Source: Escherichia phage ECML-117. Taken from it: 64,000 nt of DNA. Position 1 is the stretch's first letter; every line of letters begins with the position of its first letter. Location: sequence record JX128258. The stretch is one strand, 5' to 3'. Below, one piece after another: positions 1 to 7,553 of this stretch. Under the pieces are notes generated by a model, which was given only the letters and a program-made list of their open reading frames with translations, had not been told where the DNA came from and searched no databases. A program made the position numbers and the translations under genes.

Positions 1-116
1 GCATGACGCTGACCAGACTTTAATTCAATGGGTAAGTTTTGATAAAACTAGCGGCGGAAAGTATCGCTACTATGGCGACGAGCGATTCACCACTAAATTT
101 TATAAGGTACTCGACC

Positions 117-464
117 ATGGCTCATGTTAAAGATGAAACGCTGTATGGCGCAGAGATCAAGAAGCGTGTGCGTGAGATGGCTGAAGGCGGAACATTGCTA
201 CCGCCGCGAGTCCGCTGCGACCACGTGATTGGCGTATCCGGCACGAAGGAGATGGGCGTGTTGGTGAAAGACATTCGCGTTGGGGATGTCATGGTCATCG
301 ACCGACAAGCGCGAGTCGTTATCCAGGTGCAACCGAACGATGATGAAGGATGTGTCCTATTGAAGCTGAAGAAACTTTCATCCAGCCCAGCAAAGGCAGT
401 CATCAAGAAGGTCTGGCCAGAAGGATTACGCAAACTCATTCGTCGACCCGTGGAGAATGTGTGA
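117..464 (+). CDS. hypothetical early protein (about 115 aa)
   Basis: Track ORF 39..464; in-frame ATG at 117 preceded by AAGG; stop overlaps next start (TGATG). Start uncertain. Confidence 0.4.
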   Translation: MAHVKDETLYGAEIKKRVREMAEGGTLLPPRVRCDHVIGVSGTKEMGVLVKDIRVGDVMVIDRQARVVIQVQPNDDEGCVLLKLKKLSSSPAKAVIKKVWPEGLRKLIRRPVENV

Positions 465-700
465 TGGAAGATTATATTAACGCCATGTATATGGCATTCT
501 ATGTCGTTCAACTTCCCAATGGCGCGGTATTTTATGGCGAGTACACCTTTGACGTTCAATATGGCGTTTCAGAGCGTACAGTGTTAACAAGGGAGTTGAT
601 TGCGGACCTTAAGGACGACATCAAGCGCGTCGCGCGGCAGCAGTTCAATTTGGATGACACAGTCATCGTTCGTATAACCGGAATAACAGAGGTGCAGTAA
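464..700 (+). CDS. hypothetical early protein (78 aa)
   Basis: In frame with track ORF 350..700; ATG at 464 overlaps upstream stop; its stop overlaps next start (TAATG), suggesting translational coupling. Confidence 0.45.
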   Translation: MEDYINAMYMAFYVVQLPNGAVFYGEYTFDVQYGVSERTVLTRELIADLKDDIKRVARQQFNLDDTVIVRITGITEVQ

Positions 701-1029
701 TGACCCGTGATCAGATACTCGCCGCGCATGAGCGTGAAAAGGTCAAAGATATTTGTAAAAGGCACAAATCATTTGCCGATTCTTACGCCTTCTTAAAGTC
801 CTGCATCAAGCAAAATGCAAGGATGGATAACACTGTATTGACATTCAACCTTTTGTCTAACGGAGCAAAGCTTGATGCAATATGCGGCTGCAGATTTGCC
901 AGCGTGATGTTTGAAAGATGTGCTCACAAAGACTCTTTCTTCCATCAAGTCTCTCACCGGACGGGTGATACAAAGATAACAAGGACAAGGCACGAGATAG
1001 AGATTGACCTACTCCACTATGTAAAATGA
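700..1029 (+). CDS. hypothetical early protein (109 aa)
   Basis: Track ORF; start overlaps previous stop; same strand as neighbours. Confidence 0.5.
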   Translation: MTRDQILAAHEREKVKDICKRHKSFADSYAFLKSCIKQNARMDNTVLTFNLLSNGAKLDAICGCRFASVMFERCAHKDSFFHQVSHRTGDTKITRTRHEIEIDLLHYVK

Positions 1030-1053
1030 ATATCAAAAAGGTGAGCTAAATGC

Positions 1054-1082
1054 TTGCCTTTTCTTTTATCAATACTTATACT
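1054..1082 (+). promoter_or_regulatory. sigma70-like promoter (TTGCCT-N17-TATACT) in repeated cassette
   Basis: Hexamers read directly; the same about 80-bp cassette (AAAAAGGTGAGCTAAATGCTTGCCTTTT...TATACT) recurs at 2566-2640; precedes gene at 1115. Confidence 0.45.
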
Positions 1083-1114
1083 CTTTTCATCAAGACTAAC
1101 AAGCAAGGTGAATT

Positions 1115-1432
1115 ATGATTTACTTAGGCATCGACCAGGAACAAGACGAGCGGCTAGGAAGCGTGTTAAACGTAGAATTAAACACAGCTGTACACATCAA
1201 GCCTTGGCCAGAGGCGCACCCCGACGTAGTTGTACCCGTTGCACCTTGGACTCGTTACGTTGCCATTGACAATGATGGCCTTGTCCATTGTTACTCAGAA
1301 AAGCCGACATACTTCGAAAAGTATCACCAATGGCTTATGACTGGTTGGGCAAAGGTGCGATGCTGCGGCGAAGTCGGTCTGGAAGGCTGGAGCTTCAAGG
1401 CTAGTGAATCGTGTGTCGAGGTGCAATTATGA
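1115..1432 (+). CDS. hypothetical protein (105 aa)
   Basis: Track ORF; AAGGTG 7 nt upstream of ATG. Confidence 0.55.
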   Translation: MIYLGIDQEQDERLGSVLNVELNTAVHIKPWPEAHPDVVVPVAPWTRYVAIDNDGLVHCYSEKPTYFEKYHQWLMTGWAKVRCCGEVGLEGWSFKASESCVEVQL

Positions 1433-1647
1433 ATGCCGCGCTGGGTAAGCTGTCTTTCAACAAGCGCAATGAGTTGCGCATGGTGTCTCGTTTTCAATTT
1501 TTATTAAATGCTATGTCAAGCGTTGCCATAGCAATGCTTCGCGCTGATTGCCCTGCTGAAAAGCGTGAGACTTTATTCAAGCGTCACCAACAATTACGAA
1601 ATGCTGCTTATAAACTGCAGCAATATGCTATGGAGTATGCAAAATGA
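1429..1647 (+). CDS. hypothetical protein (72 aa)
   Basis: In frame with track ORF 1411..1647; ATG at 1429 overlaps upstream stop (ATGA). Confidence 0.45.
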   Translation: MNAALGKLSFNKRNELRMVSRFQFLLNAMSSVAIAMLRADCPAEKRETLFKRHQQLRNAAYKLQQYAMEYAK

Positions 1648-1928
1648 AGATGCAAAGATGTCCACATTGCTTGTCCACGATGCGGCTTACTGCTGAAGAA
1701 TATTTACATCACGTTAACGTTTGTGAGGCTAATCCTGAAAATTCGACGCGTTACTATTATCACTATCACGCAGAAGCGGAAGATGGATCAGGCGCAACAG
1801 GAATCGTTACCACGAAAGAAATGGTGATCACCAAAAAGGCGTATGAAAGCCTGCTGGATACAATCAAGGAAGTGTCTGGCAAAGAAATAGTCTGCATTAA
1901 ATCTTTATCTTTCTTGCACGAGGTGTGA
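1644..1928 (+). CDS. small C2HC zinc-finger-like protein (94 aa)
   Basis: Track ORF; N-terminal RCPHC...H...C motif; paralogous to the next gene. Confidence 0.5.
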   Translation: MKMQRCPHCLSTMRLTAEEYLHHVNVCEANPENSTRYYYHYHAEAEDGSGATGIVTTKEMVITKKAYESLLDTIKEVSGKEIVCIKSLSFLHEV

Positions 1929-1929
1929 A

Positions 1930-2307
1930 ATGAGAATGAAGCGTTGTCCGTATTGCCACGATGTGATGCATCTTCCGCATGAAGAGTTCGTGCAGCACAT
2001 GACTAATTGTGATAAGAATCCTAAGAGTGAAAGCCAGCTTGAAGAAAGAATGTTTCTGGTGTCATTCAAGTATTCAGCTTACGATGCACAGCCTGCTTAC
2101 GGTGCACCAAGTGCTGTTTACAGACCATTGAGAAGCGACATTGACTCAATGCAGCTTGCGGCCTGGATTAACGTTAAGGAAGGCATCACTCCGCACTTTA
2201 TCGCGCGCATCCAATCTCAGATTCTACAAATCAAGCGCGAATACAACCGTGACATCACTGAAGTGAAGGTGCTTTCCATTACGCCGATGAATAAGGAGTT
2301 GCCGTGA
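1930..2307 (+). CDS. small C2HC zinc-finger-like protein, paralog (125 aa)
   Basis: Track ORF; N-terminus MRMKRCPYCHDVMHLPHEEFVQHMTNC parallels MKMQRCPHCLSTMRLTAEEYLHHVNVC of the previous gene. Confidence 0.5.
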   Translation: MRMKRCPYCHDVMHLPHEEFVQHMTNCDKNPKSESQLEERMFLVSFKYSAYDAQPAYGAPSAVYRPLRSDIDSMQLAAWINVKEGITPHFIARIQSQILQIKREYNRDITEVKVLSITPMNKELP

Positions 2308-2564
2308 ACAAGGGTCCGATGACTAAGTTGGCCGTTGCCGCGCGGAAGCTTCGACAAGCCGTTAATGGGTCGCGGCCCGTGGTGTTGACACTCGACGACG
2401 CAAAGGCGCTGGTAGAGCTACTCGACGAGCACAACCGACGAAAGAATCTGGAGAACACATTACGCTGGCGCGTCACCCCAGCCGGGCGGGAGAGCGAGAA
2501 GAAAGCTTACTTGCGACGCAAACTAATGTCAGTCGGCCTTCACGAAGAGGCGAAGAAGATTTGA
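2304..2564 (+). CDS. hypothetical protein (86 aa, GTG start)
   Basis: Track ORF; GTG start overlapping upstream stop. Confidence 0.4.
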   Translation: MNKGPMTKLAVAARKLRQAVNGSRPVVLTLDDAKALVELLDEHNRRKNLENTLRWRVTPAGRESEKKAYLRRKLMSVGLHEEAKKI

Positions 2565-2586
2565 TTCAAAAAGGTGAGCTAAATGC

Positions 2587-2614
2587 TTGCCTTTTTATTT
2601 GCCTGTATTATACT
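2587..2614 (+). promoter_or_regulatory. sigma70-like promoter (TTGCCT-N16-TATACT), second copy of cassette
   Basis: Near-identical to cassette at 1033-1082; precedes gene at 2643. Confidence 0.45.
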
Positions 2615-2642
2615 TGTTTCATCAAGCAAAGGAGAATTGATT

Positions 2643-2948
2643 ATGAGTACCGAAGCGATGAAGAAAAAGGTTTCGAATGCTTTGCAAGAAGCCGTGAACT
2701 GTGGTGCCATTAAAGAGTTCAAGGAGACTCAAGAAGGCGGTGAGCCAGTATTCTTCTTTAAGAATAAAAAGGACGGTGTTGCAGCAATCATGTTGTTAAA
2801 GAATAGTGATGACACATTTATCCTTTGCGTCGGAGGATATGACCTTATCGTTGATGATGTATTTATCAATTGTGCCGACGGTCTTAACCCTATGCTGACA
2901 TTTGAGCGTCGCACCATCCGTGTTGCAACGTTTGGAGGGAAGTTATGA
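2643..2948 (+). CDS. hypothetical protein (101 aa)
   Basis: In frame with track ORF 2583..2948; ATG at 2643 preceded by AAAGGAGA; N-terminal region similar to product of 3587..4099. Confidence 0.5.
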   Translation: MSTEAMKKKVSNALQEAVNCGAIKEFKETQEGGEPVFFFKNKKDGVAAIMLLKNSDDTFILCVGGYDLIVDDVFINCADGLNPMLTFERRTIRVATFGGKL

Positions 2949-3130
2949 GTACCGAAGTCCACAACGCATCAGCCTTGGTTAGCTTTTACCGTAACAAAGG
3001 CGTGTCGCTCGTTAAAACGCCGCAAGGGATGTTGTTCTTTGGCACGCGATTCCTGAAAGCATCGGAGCGTGAAACGCTGTCCAAGTTCGACCAGAAAACA
3101 TTGCACGCAGTTTGGAGAAGACAACAATGA
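2945..3130 (+). CDS. hypothetical protein (61 aa)
   Basis: Track ORF; start overlaps upstream stop. Confidence 0.4.
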   Translation: MSTEVHNASALVSFYRNKGVSLVKTPQGMLFFGTRFLKASERETLSKFDQKTLHAVWRRQQ

Positions 3131-3420
3131 GACTAAGCCTAGCGCAAATTCAAACATTGTACCGGATGGAAGACGGAACGCCATACATGCTGCGCGGCGA
3201 CCGCAAGAAGGCTTATGAAAAGCGGCCATCACTGTTTCACGACATCAATGCGCCATCAATCCCTGTCTTATTCCGGTTGGGCCTTGTTGATTGGGCGGCG
3301 CCAGGAGAGAAAGACCCGACGCGCTATTCATCCGTGGTGATGACAAAAGCAGGTCGCGCGGCATTAAAAGAGATTAAAGAAAATATGGCTGGAGGTAAAT
3401 ATTATGACATCAAATCTTAA
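3127..3420 (+). CDS. hypothetical protein (97 aa)
   Basis: In frame with track ORF 3112..3420; ATG at 3127 overlaps upstream stop. Confidence 0.4.
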   Translation: MRLSLAQIQTLYRMEDGTPYMLRGDRKKAYEKRPSLFHDINAPSIPVLFRLGLVDWAAPGEKDPTRYSSVVMTKAGRAALKEIKENMAGGKYYDIKS

Positions 3421-3568
3421 AGCCCGTTTATTATTCATCAAGCCGCATGTGCCATATAAGATTAGTAAGCGCACCTGGCTTAACATTTACAACCGCAGCG
3501 GCGACCGTTGTTTGTACAAGGCAAAGCGGCGCAAGAAGGTATATTCTTACACAACATCCATCAAATAA
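3404..3568 (+). CDS. small basic protein (54 aa), not in ORF track
   Basis: ATG at 3404 with GGAGGT 7 nt upstream; translation MTSNLKARLLFIKPHVPYKISKRTWLNIYNRSGDRCLYKAKRRKKVYSYTTSIK; below the track size cut-off. Confidence 0.4.
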   Translation: MTSNLKARLLFIKPHVPYKISKRTWLNIYNRSGDRCLYKAKRRKKVYSYTTSIK

Positions 3569-3586
3569 GACTAGGAGAAGAATAAA

Positions 3587-4099
3587 ATGAAAATCGAACA
3601 ACTCGAAGCAGTATTGGAAATGGCCGTAAAGGCAGGCGCAATCAAAAGCTATCGTCGCGAGAAGTCAGATAGCGATAAGGTGTTTTGTCGCAACTTCTAT
3701 ATCGTTGGCAACCTTAACGACCACTACACCATCGAGTGGTATACTAACGTGATGACCCTTAAGTCGCGCACCATGGAGCTTTGGTGTGATGACATCTGTC
3801 TTTCGAATACTCACCCAAGCTATGATGTCGCCCTGGCATTCTATCACGGAAGCCGTCAACCTGTCGCCCACATCGGTGAGAAGCATGAGCATCTTAAGGC
3901 ACGACCAGAGGAATCAATGGAAGGTTGGATTGAATGGGCTGGCGGAAAGAATCCGGTGCCTGGTAAGATGGTCGAATACAGGCTGCGCAATGAAGGGGAT
4001 AAAGTGCTGTCAAGACTCTCTGACCATCTGCACTGGGCCCATATAGGAGGACTAAAAGGTAGTGACATCATTGCTTATCGGGTCGTTAAGGAGGGATGA
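3587..4099 (+). CDS. hypothetical protein (170 aa)
   Basis: Track ORF; AGGAGAAG upstream; N-terminus resembles product of 2643..2948 (AVKAGAIKSY vs AVNCGAIKEF). Confidence 0.55.
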   Translation: MKIEQLEAVLEMAVKAGAIKSYRREKSDSDKVFCRNFYIVGNLNDHYTIEWYTNVMTLKSRTMELWCDDICLSNTHPSYDVALAFYHGSRQPVAHIGEKHEHLKARPEESMEGWIEWAGGKNPVPGKMVEYRLRNEGDKVLSRLSDHLHWAHIGGLKGSDIIAYRVVKEG

Positions 4100-4548
4100 T
4101 GGGTAAACGCCTTATCGCCGCTGGTTGGGCCATACCGAAGTGGGGTCATCGTGCGCATTACTTTGACGAAGGAGAAGTGCAAAGCCTTTGTGGTCGCGCA
4201 ACGTATTTCGGTGATGAGCGCGTCAGCGGCGATTATATCGACTCGCTTTTAGGCAAAGGTGATTGCAAGAAGTGTCAGAATATATTAAGGGATATTCTTA
4301 CGCAAAAAGGATTGCTTGAGCTTGATGAATCGGAAGAAGTAATTGAACTTAAGCTGGAAGCCAATCACCTTATTAATATGTTCAAGAACTATTACGCAAC
4401 TAATATGCGCTCAAAAATGAGCGAGGAAGTAATAGAAAAGGTGTTCACCTACAATCCGCTAAGGATGAATAAAACCAAATTGAAGAAGTTTAATATAATG
4501 TTAAGGAAAGAATTTAAAAGGCTAGGGGTGAAGAATTTTATATTTTAA
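4096..4548 (+). CDS. hypothetical protein (150 aa)
   Basis: Track ORF; start overlaps upstream stop. Confidence 0.5.
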   Translation: MMGKRLIAAGWAIPKWGHRAHYFDEGEVQSLCGRATYFGDERVSGDYIDSLLGKGDCKKCQNILRDILTQKGLLELDESEEVIELKLEANHLINMFKNYYATNMRSKMSEEVIEKVFTYNPLRMNKTKLKKFNIMLRKEFKRLGVKNFIF

Positions 4549-4566
4549 TAGTGATTAATGTTAAGA

Positions 4567-4590
4567 GGGCCGATTGGCCCTTTTTGTTTG
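4567..4590 (+). terminator. rho-independent terminator (GGGCC-gatt-GGCCC + T-tract)
   Basis: Hairpin and TTTTTGTTT read directly after the stop at 4548. Confidence 0.6.
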
Positions 4591-4874
4591 CCCGTGGGGT
4601 GTGAGTCTTTATTATCGGATAAAGCGATTGATTTGTGTAAATCTATTAGAGGATGGTGGGGAATGAGGATTGTGACGTGATTTGTGTGTCTTGAATATGT
4701 GTGCGGATTTGGAAGAATATTGTACTGTGGTGCTGTGGGATTGGAGAGGGAATCACTAGGTTTTGGGGCGTGTACCGTGGTGTGTGGGCCTGTAGGCTGC
4801 GCCGTCTCTGGGATTGCCGCCTGAAATTTAAAAGGAGATATAGTTAGCTGGCTAACCTTACGTATAGAATTTAA

Positions 4875-5162
4875 GCGTATAATGACGTAAGATTTGGACC
4901 TATCCGTAGTTCACTCCACACACTTCTATGGTGCGCCGCGACTGGGTTCAGTGGTACATCTTACGGATGATACGGATGATACGCGTCGCCGCTATACTTT
5001 ATACAACTTTGAAAAAAACAATTAACTCCATTTTGAATTAATTTAAATTAATTTTTTTCTACATCCTCATACTTATACTAAACTTATGTTTATACGTATT
5101 ATCCGTAAGATATAAGTAAAAACAAAGACTTGCGGCAATACGGATGATACGTCATGATACGC
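4875..5162. promoter_or_regulatory. iteron/AT-rich control element, copy A
   Basis: GCGTATAATGACGTA at 4875-4889; tandem 9-mers in CTTACGGATGATACGGATGATACGCGTCGCCGC at 4960-4992; AT-rich tract 4993-5100; inverted ATCCGTAAG at 5101; ACGGATGATACG at 5140-5151. Homologous to copy B at 20906-21180. Confidence 0.5.
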
Positions 5163-5389
5163 TTCAACCAGCCAGCAGCGGCTAAGTCATTGATTTGCAT
5201 AACAAGCGGCGAAAGGGATGGATTTCTTTTATACGTATCAAACAGTACACCACGCACCACGGTCCGCTATTCATTCAGCACTATGATTTGTGTACTTTTA
5301 CAGCCAATTTGAACATCAATCTGCACTTGAATATAATGTTCATTCATTGTATAATTCACACTATTAATTTGCACTATGGGATTTGCACT

Positions 5390-5863
5390 ATGAGTCAAGA
5401 TTATGTAGCAATGCCTGAAGACTTTGAAGACCCGCGATTTGCAGAGCATAATCAGGCATTATTCGATGAGTTCATTGACCTTGTTATTCAGGGCCATGAC
5501 ATGCGCGCAGCTTTTGCACTAGTATTTGGCATGGAGGTTGCGACCGATAACTACACTGGCCAGCGAATCCTCTGCACGCAACGCAATCCGTACTACAAGA
5601 TGCGCTACAAAAAGCGTATGGAAGAGATGCCATTGAAGGAATTGTGGAGTGTAAAGAGTTCCATCCACAATTTAGTGAAGCTTGTGCGTGATCCAGAAGT
5701 CGCAGCATCAGCCAAGCTTAATGCCATTCGTGAACTGAATATCATCTACGGCATCACGATGATTGATGAGAATGGCAATAGTAAAATGGGCCGTTCCATG
5801 GACGATTTCTACAAGGATTTTGGAGAGGCAGCCAAAGAGGGTGAGCAATTCTCCCGCCACTAG
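5390..5863 (+). CDS. hypothetical protein (157 aa)
   Basis: In frame with track ORF 5195..5863; ATG at 5390 after two TATAAT-like boxes; the start codon overlaps a copy of the ATTTGCACTAT motif. Confidence 0.5.
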   Translation: MSQDYVAMPEDFEDPRFAEHNQALFDEFIDLVIQGHDMRAAFALVFGMEVATDNYTGQRILCTQRNPYYKMRYKKRMEEMPLKELWSVKSSIHNLVKLVRDPEVAASAKLNAIRELNIIYGITMIDENGNSKMGRSMDDFYKDFGEAAKEGEQFSRH

Positions 5864-5882
5864 CCAATTTGCACTATAAAAC

Positions 5883-5916
5883 GGCCCTAGAACACATTTT
5901 CTCCACTTCTAGGGCC
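5883..5916. other. perfect 10-bp stem-loop (GGCCCTAGAA-N14-TTCTAGGGCC)
   Basis: Read directly; lies 20 nt after the stop at 5863; no clear T-tract on the plus strand. Confidence 0.5.
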
Positions 5917-6261
5917 ATCGGTAATACGACGGGGAAGGTTACAACCATAAACGCTTTAGAAAGTGTATTATTATAAGTCATCTTTTAGTCACTTTACGTA
6001 ACAATTTACGACCTTCCGCCGTCCAGTCGAACGACTCCACCAGCAGATTTGCACTATAACCTAAGACGATGCGCCCTTTCTCGTTATCGACCCGCCAACA
6101 AGTCTCGAATAGCATTCGATTTGCACTATTAACTATCGCCGCAACGCGCGTTGGGTAAGCGCAATTTGCACTATGGTCGTAAAGGGATAAGGTGCGACCA
6201 CTTCCGATGGACAACGTAGCGATGAGAATAAGCGTATTCATAAGCCACCAATTTGCACTAT

Positions 6262-6284
6262 GAAAAGCGACCCCGAAGGGCCGC
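6262..6284 (-). terminator. putative rho-independent terminator for minus-strand gene 6292..6918
   Basis: Minus-strand GCGGCCC-ttcg-GGGTCGC hairpin (one mismatch) followed by TTTT. Confidence 0.4.
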
Positions 6285-6291
6285 CATTCGA

Positions 6292-6918
6292 TTAGATAAT
6301 CTGGAATGTGTAGGACTTGTTGCCGAACTCAAAGGTCAAGCGTCCAGCTTCTTTAAGCTTCATGCGGAAGCGAATGTGCTTGCTATCCGGTAATCCCAGC
6401 GCGGCGAACGCTACGCGGACCGATTTGAACTCGCCTACACCTTCGACCATGACGCCGTTACGGGTGAGACGCTTTTGCGCCACTTCCTTGTTATCCCAAC
6501 TTTTTGCAATACCTTCGCTATTCGAACGGCGATGGGAAGGACTGGCAATTTTATCCGCGCCAACCGGAGCATCATTCAGGCCGCTTTTAACGAAGGCTTC
6601 ATATTCTTCGTCGGTCATCGCGTCGAGTTCTTCCTGGGTCGGCTCCGCTTTTTTAACGACCGCACGCGCTTTGTGCGTTTTTACATCGCTGGACACTTCC
6701 TCGCGCGGCTTCGCGTCTGGGATGGGCGATTCGTTGGACGGCTCATCGAGCGCGTTTAAGGACTCGATTAACGCGATGACGCGAGTCTCAGCGGTGCGAC
6801 GGTCCGCAAACTTCTTAATCGGTTTTGAGCCGGAGTTAGCGTTATAGAATGCAACGAGGTCGGCGGTCTTAGTTGCGATAACGTCGCCGCTAGTAGAGAA
6901 ACGATTCAAGCTAACCAT
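6292..6918 (-). CDS. hypothetical protein (208 aa) with acidic central linker
   Basis: Track ORF; AGGAG upstream on minus strand; antisense plus-strand ORFs are Ser-rich and low-complexity; CpG-rich composition. Confidence 0.6.
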   Translation of the reverse strand: MVSLNRFSTSGDVIATKTADLVAFYNANSGSKPIKKFADRRTAETRVIALIESLNALDEPSNESPIPDAKPREEVSSDVKTHKARAVVKKAEPTQEELDAMTDEEYEAFVKSGLNDAPVGADKIASPSHRRSNSEGIAKSWDNKEVAQKRLTRNGVMVEGVGEFKSVRVAFAALGLPDSKHIRFRMKLKEAGRLTFEFGNKSYTFQII

Positions 6919-6987
6919 AATAAACTCCTAGTTTGGGAGCGGCGTTAACGACCTATTCGCTAACTCATCCCGTCCCGATATGAGTAC

Positions 6988-7015
6988 ATTATAATATAGT
7001 GTAGAAAAAAGTAAA
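6988..7015 (-). promoter_or_regulatory. sigma70-like promoter (TTTACT-N16-TATAAT) for 6292..6918
   Basis: Minus-strand read GTGCTTTACT...TATAATGTACTCATATCGGGACGGGATGAGTTAGCGAATAGGTCG is homologous to the plus-strand module upstream of 7554. Confidence 0.45.
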
Positions 7016-7059
7016 GCACTTTTTCGATAAAAATGCGATAAATTATTTTATCTTTTTTC

Positions 7060-7087
7060 TTTACTTCTTCGTACACTCGCGTATACT
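7060..7087 (+). promoter_or_regulatory. sigma70-like promoter (TTTACT-N16-TATACT) for 7144..7446
   Basis: CTTTACTTCTTCGTACACT shared with promoter at 7458; followed by TGTTTATATCGAGACGGG leader. Confidence 0.45.
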
Positions 7088-7143
7088 TGTTTATATCGAG
7101 ACGGGCGATGGCCCTTCCTTCTACTAGCATCGGGAGCTTTATT

Positions 7144-7446
7144 ATGACTACTTTAATCTCTTCCATCCTTACTTACGACGAAGACCGTTTAACCGTTCGC
7201 TCTCTTATCGCCGCCGTTAACGCGGAACTAGAATCTAGCGCCATTAAGGTCCGCGCGGTCGCCTTCATCGGCCTTTCCTTCGACGATATGAAGTACGCCG
7301 AACGTAGCGCCATCCGCTTCGCGAAGACCGACGACGAAGCCGTTACCCTTATCGAGACGGTTACGCCGCGCGGCGAAGCGTTAATTATCGTCGAGTATAT
7401 CGACGTAGAAGGCGATAAATCTTATAAACATTTTATCGCAGAATGA
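7144..7446 (+). CDS. small acidic protein (100 aa)
   Basis: In frame with track ORF 7087..7446; ATG at 7144 after GGGAG; codon usage rich in CpG, almost no CTG/CAG. Confidence 0.55.
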   Translation: MTTLISSILTYDEDRLTVRSLIAAVNAELESSAIKVRAVAFIGLSFDDMKYAERSAIRFAKTDDEAVTLIETVTPRGEALIIVEYIDVEGDKSYKHFIAE

Positions 7447-7457
7447 CGAAAAAGTGC

Positions 7458-7486
7458 TTTACTTCTTCGTACACTAAGACTATAAT
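7458..7486 (+). promoter_or_regulatory. sigma70-like promoter (TTTACT-N17-TATAAT) for 7554..7844
   Basis: Hexamers read directly; duplicated module of 7060-7087. Confidence 0.5.
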
Positions 7487-7508
7487 GTTTTATATCGAGA
7501 GGGGATGA

Positions 7509-7529
7509 GGTAGCGAATAGGTCGCTACC
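7509..7529 (+). other. leader stem-loop (GGTAGCGA-atagg-TCGCTACC) in 5' UTR
   Basis: 8-bp perfect stem between promoter and RBS; a related imperfect copy lies in the minus-strand leader of 6292..6918. Confidence 0.45.
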
Positions 7530-7553
7530 CTCCCGACTAACTAGGAGAATATT

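Larger units (their letters stand above)
5367..6261 (+). repeat. array of seven exact copies of 11-bp motif ATTTGCACTAT
   Basis: Copies at 5367, 5381, 5867, 6047, 6119, 6164 and 6251; irregular spacing; related ATTTGCATAAC at 5193. Confidence 0.8.

Noticed and set aside
122-559. Minus-strand ORF of 145 aa overlapping two plus-strand early genes
   Set aside because: It is antisense to a tightly coupled plus-strand gene series with overlapping stop/start codons; no supporting signals.
4591-4810. Chi site (GCTGGTGG) within the GT-rich segment
   Set aside because: Only near matches such as GTGGTGCTGTGG were seen; no exact octamer.
5195-5389. Upstream extension of ORF 5195..5863
   Set aside because: The extension runs through TATAAT boxes and motif copies and encodes an odd His/Ile-rich peptide; the ATG at 5390 is the likelier start.
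4549-5389. tRNA genes in the large intergenic regions (also 20873-21289 and 8117-8460)
   Set aside because: No segment shows the expected acceptor-stem pairing with a GTTCRANYC T-loop; TTCGAATC-like strings at 8443-8500 lack the flanking GG and cloverleaf context.
5978-6241. Minus-strand ORF of 87 aa in the motif-array region
   Set aside because: It overlaps three copies of the regulatory motif and the terminator of the neighbouring gene, and has a weak RBS; probably not coding, though not excluded.
5367-6261. Possible CRISPR array suggested by the repeated ATTTGCACTAT motif
   Set aside because: The repeat is only 11 bp, spacing is irregular (14 to 486 bp) and there are no uniform spacers or leader; more consistent with binding sites.
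6317-6847. Plus-strand ORFs (6317..6847 and 6475..6759) overlapping the minus-strand 208-aa gene
   Set aside because: Ser-rich low-complexity antisense translations without RBS; the minus-strand ORF has an AGGAG RBS and its own promoter module.
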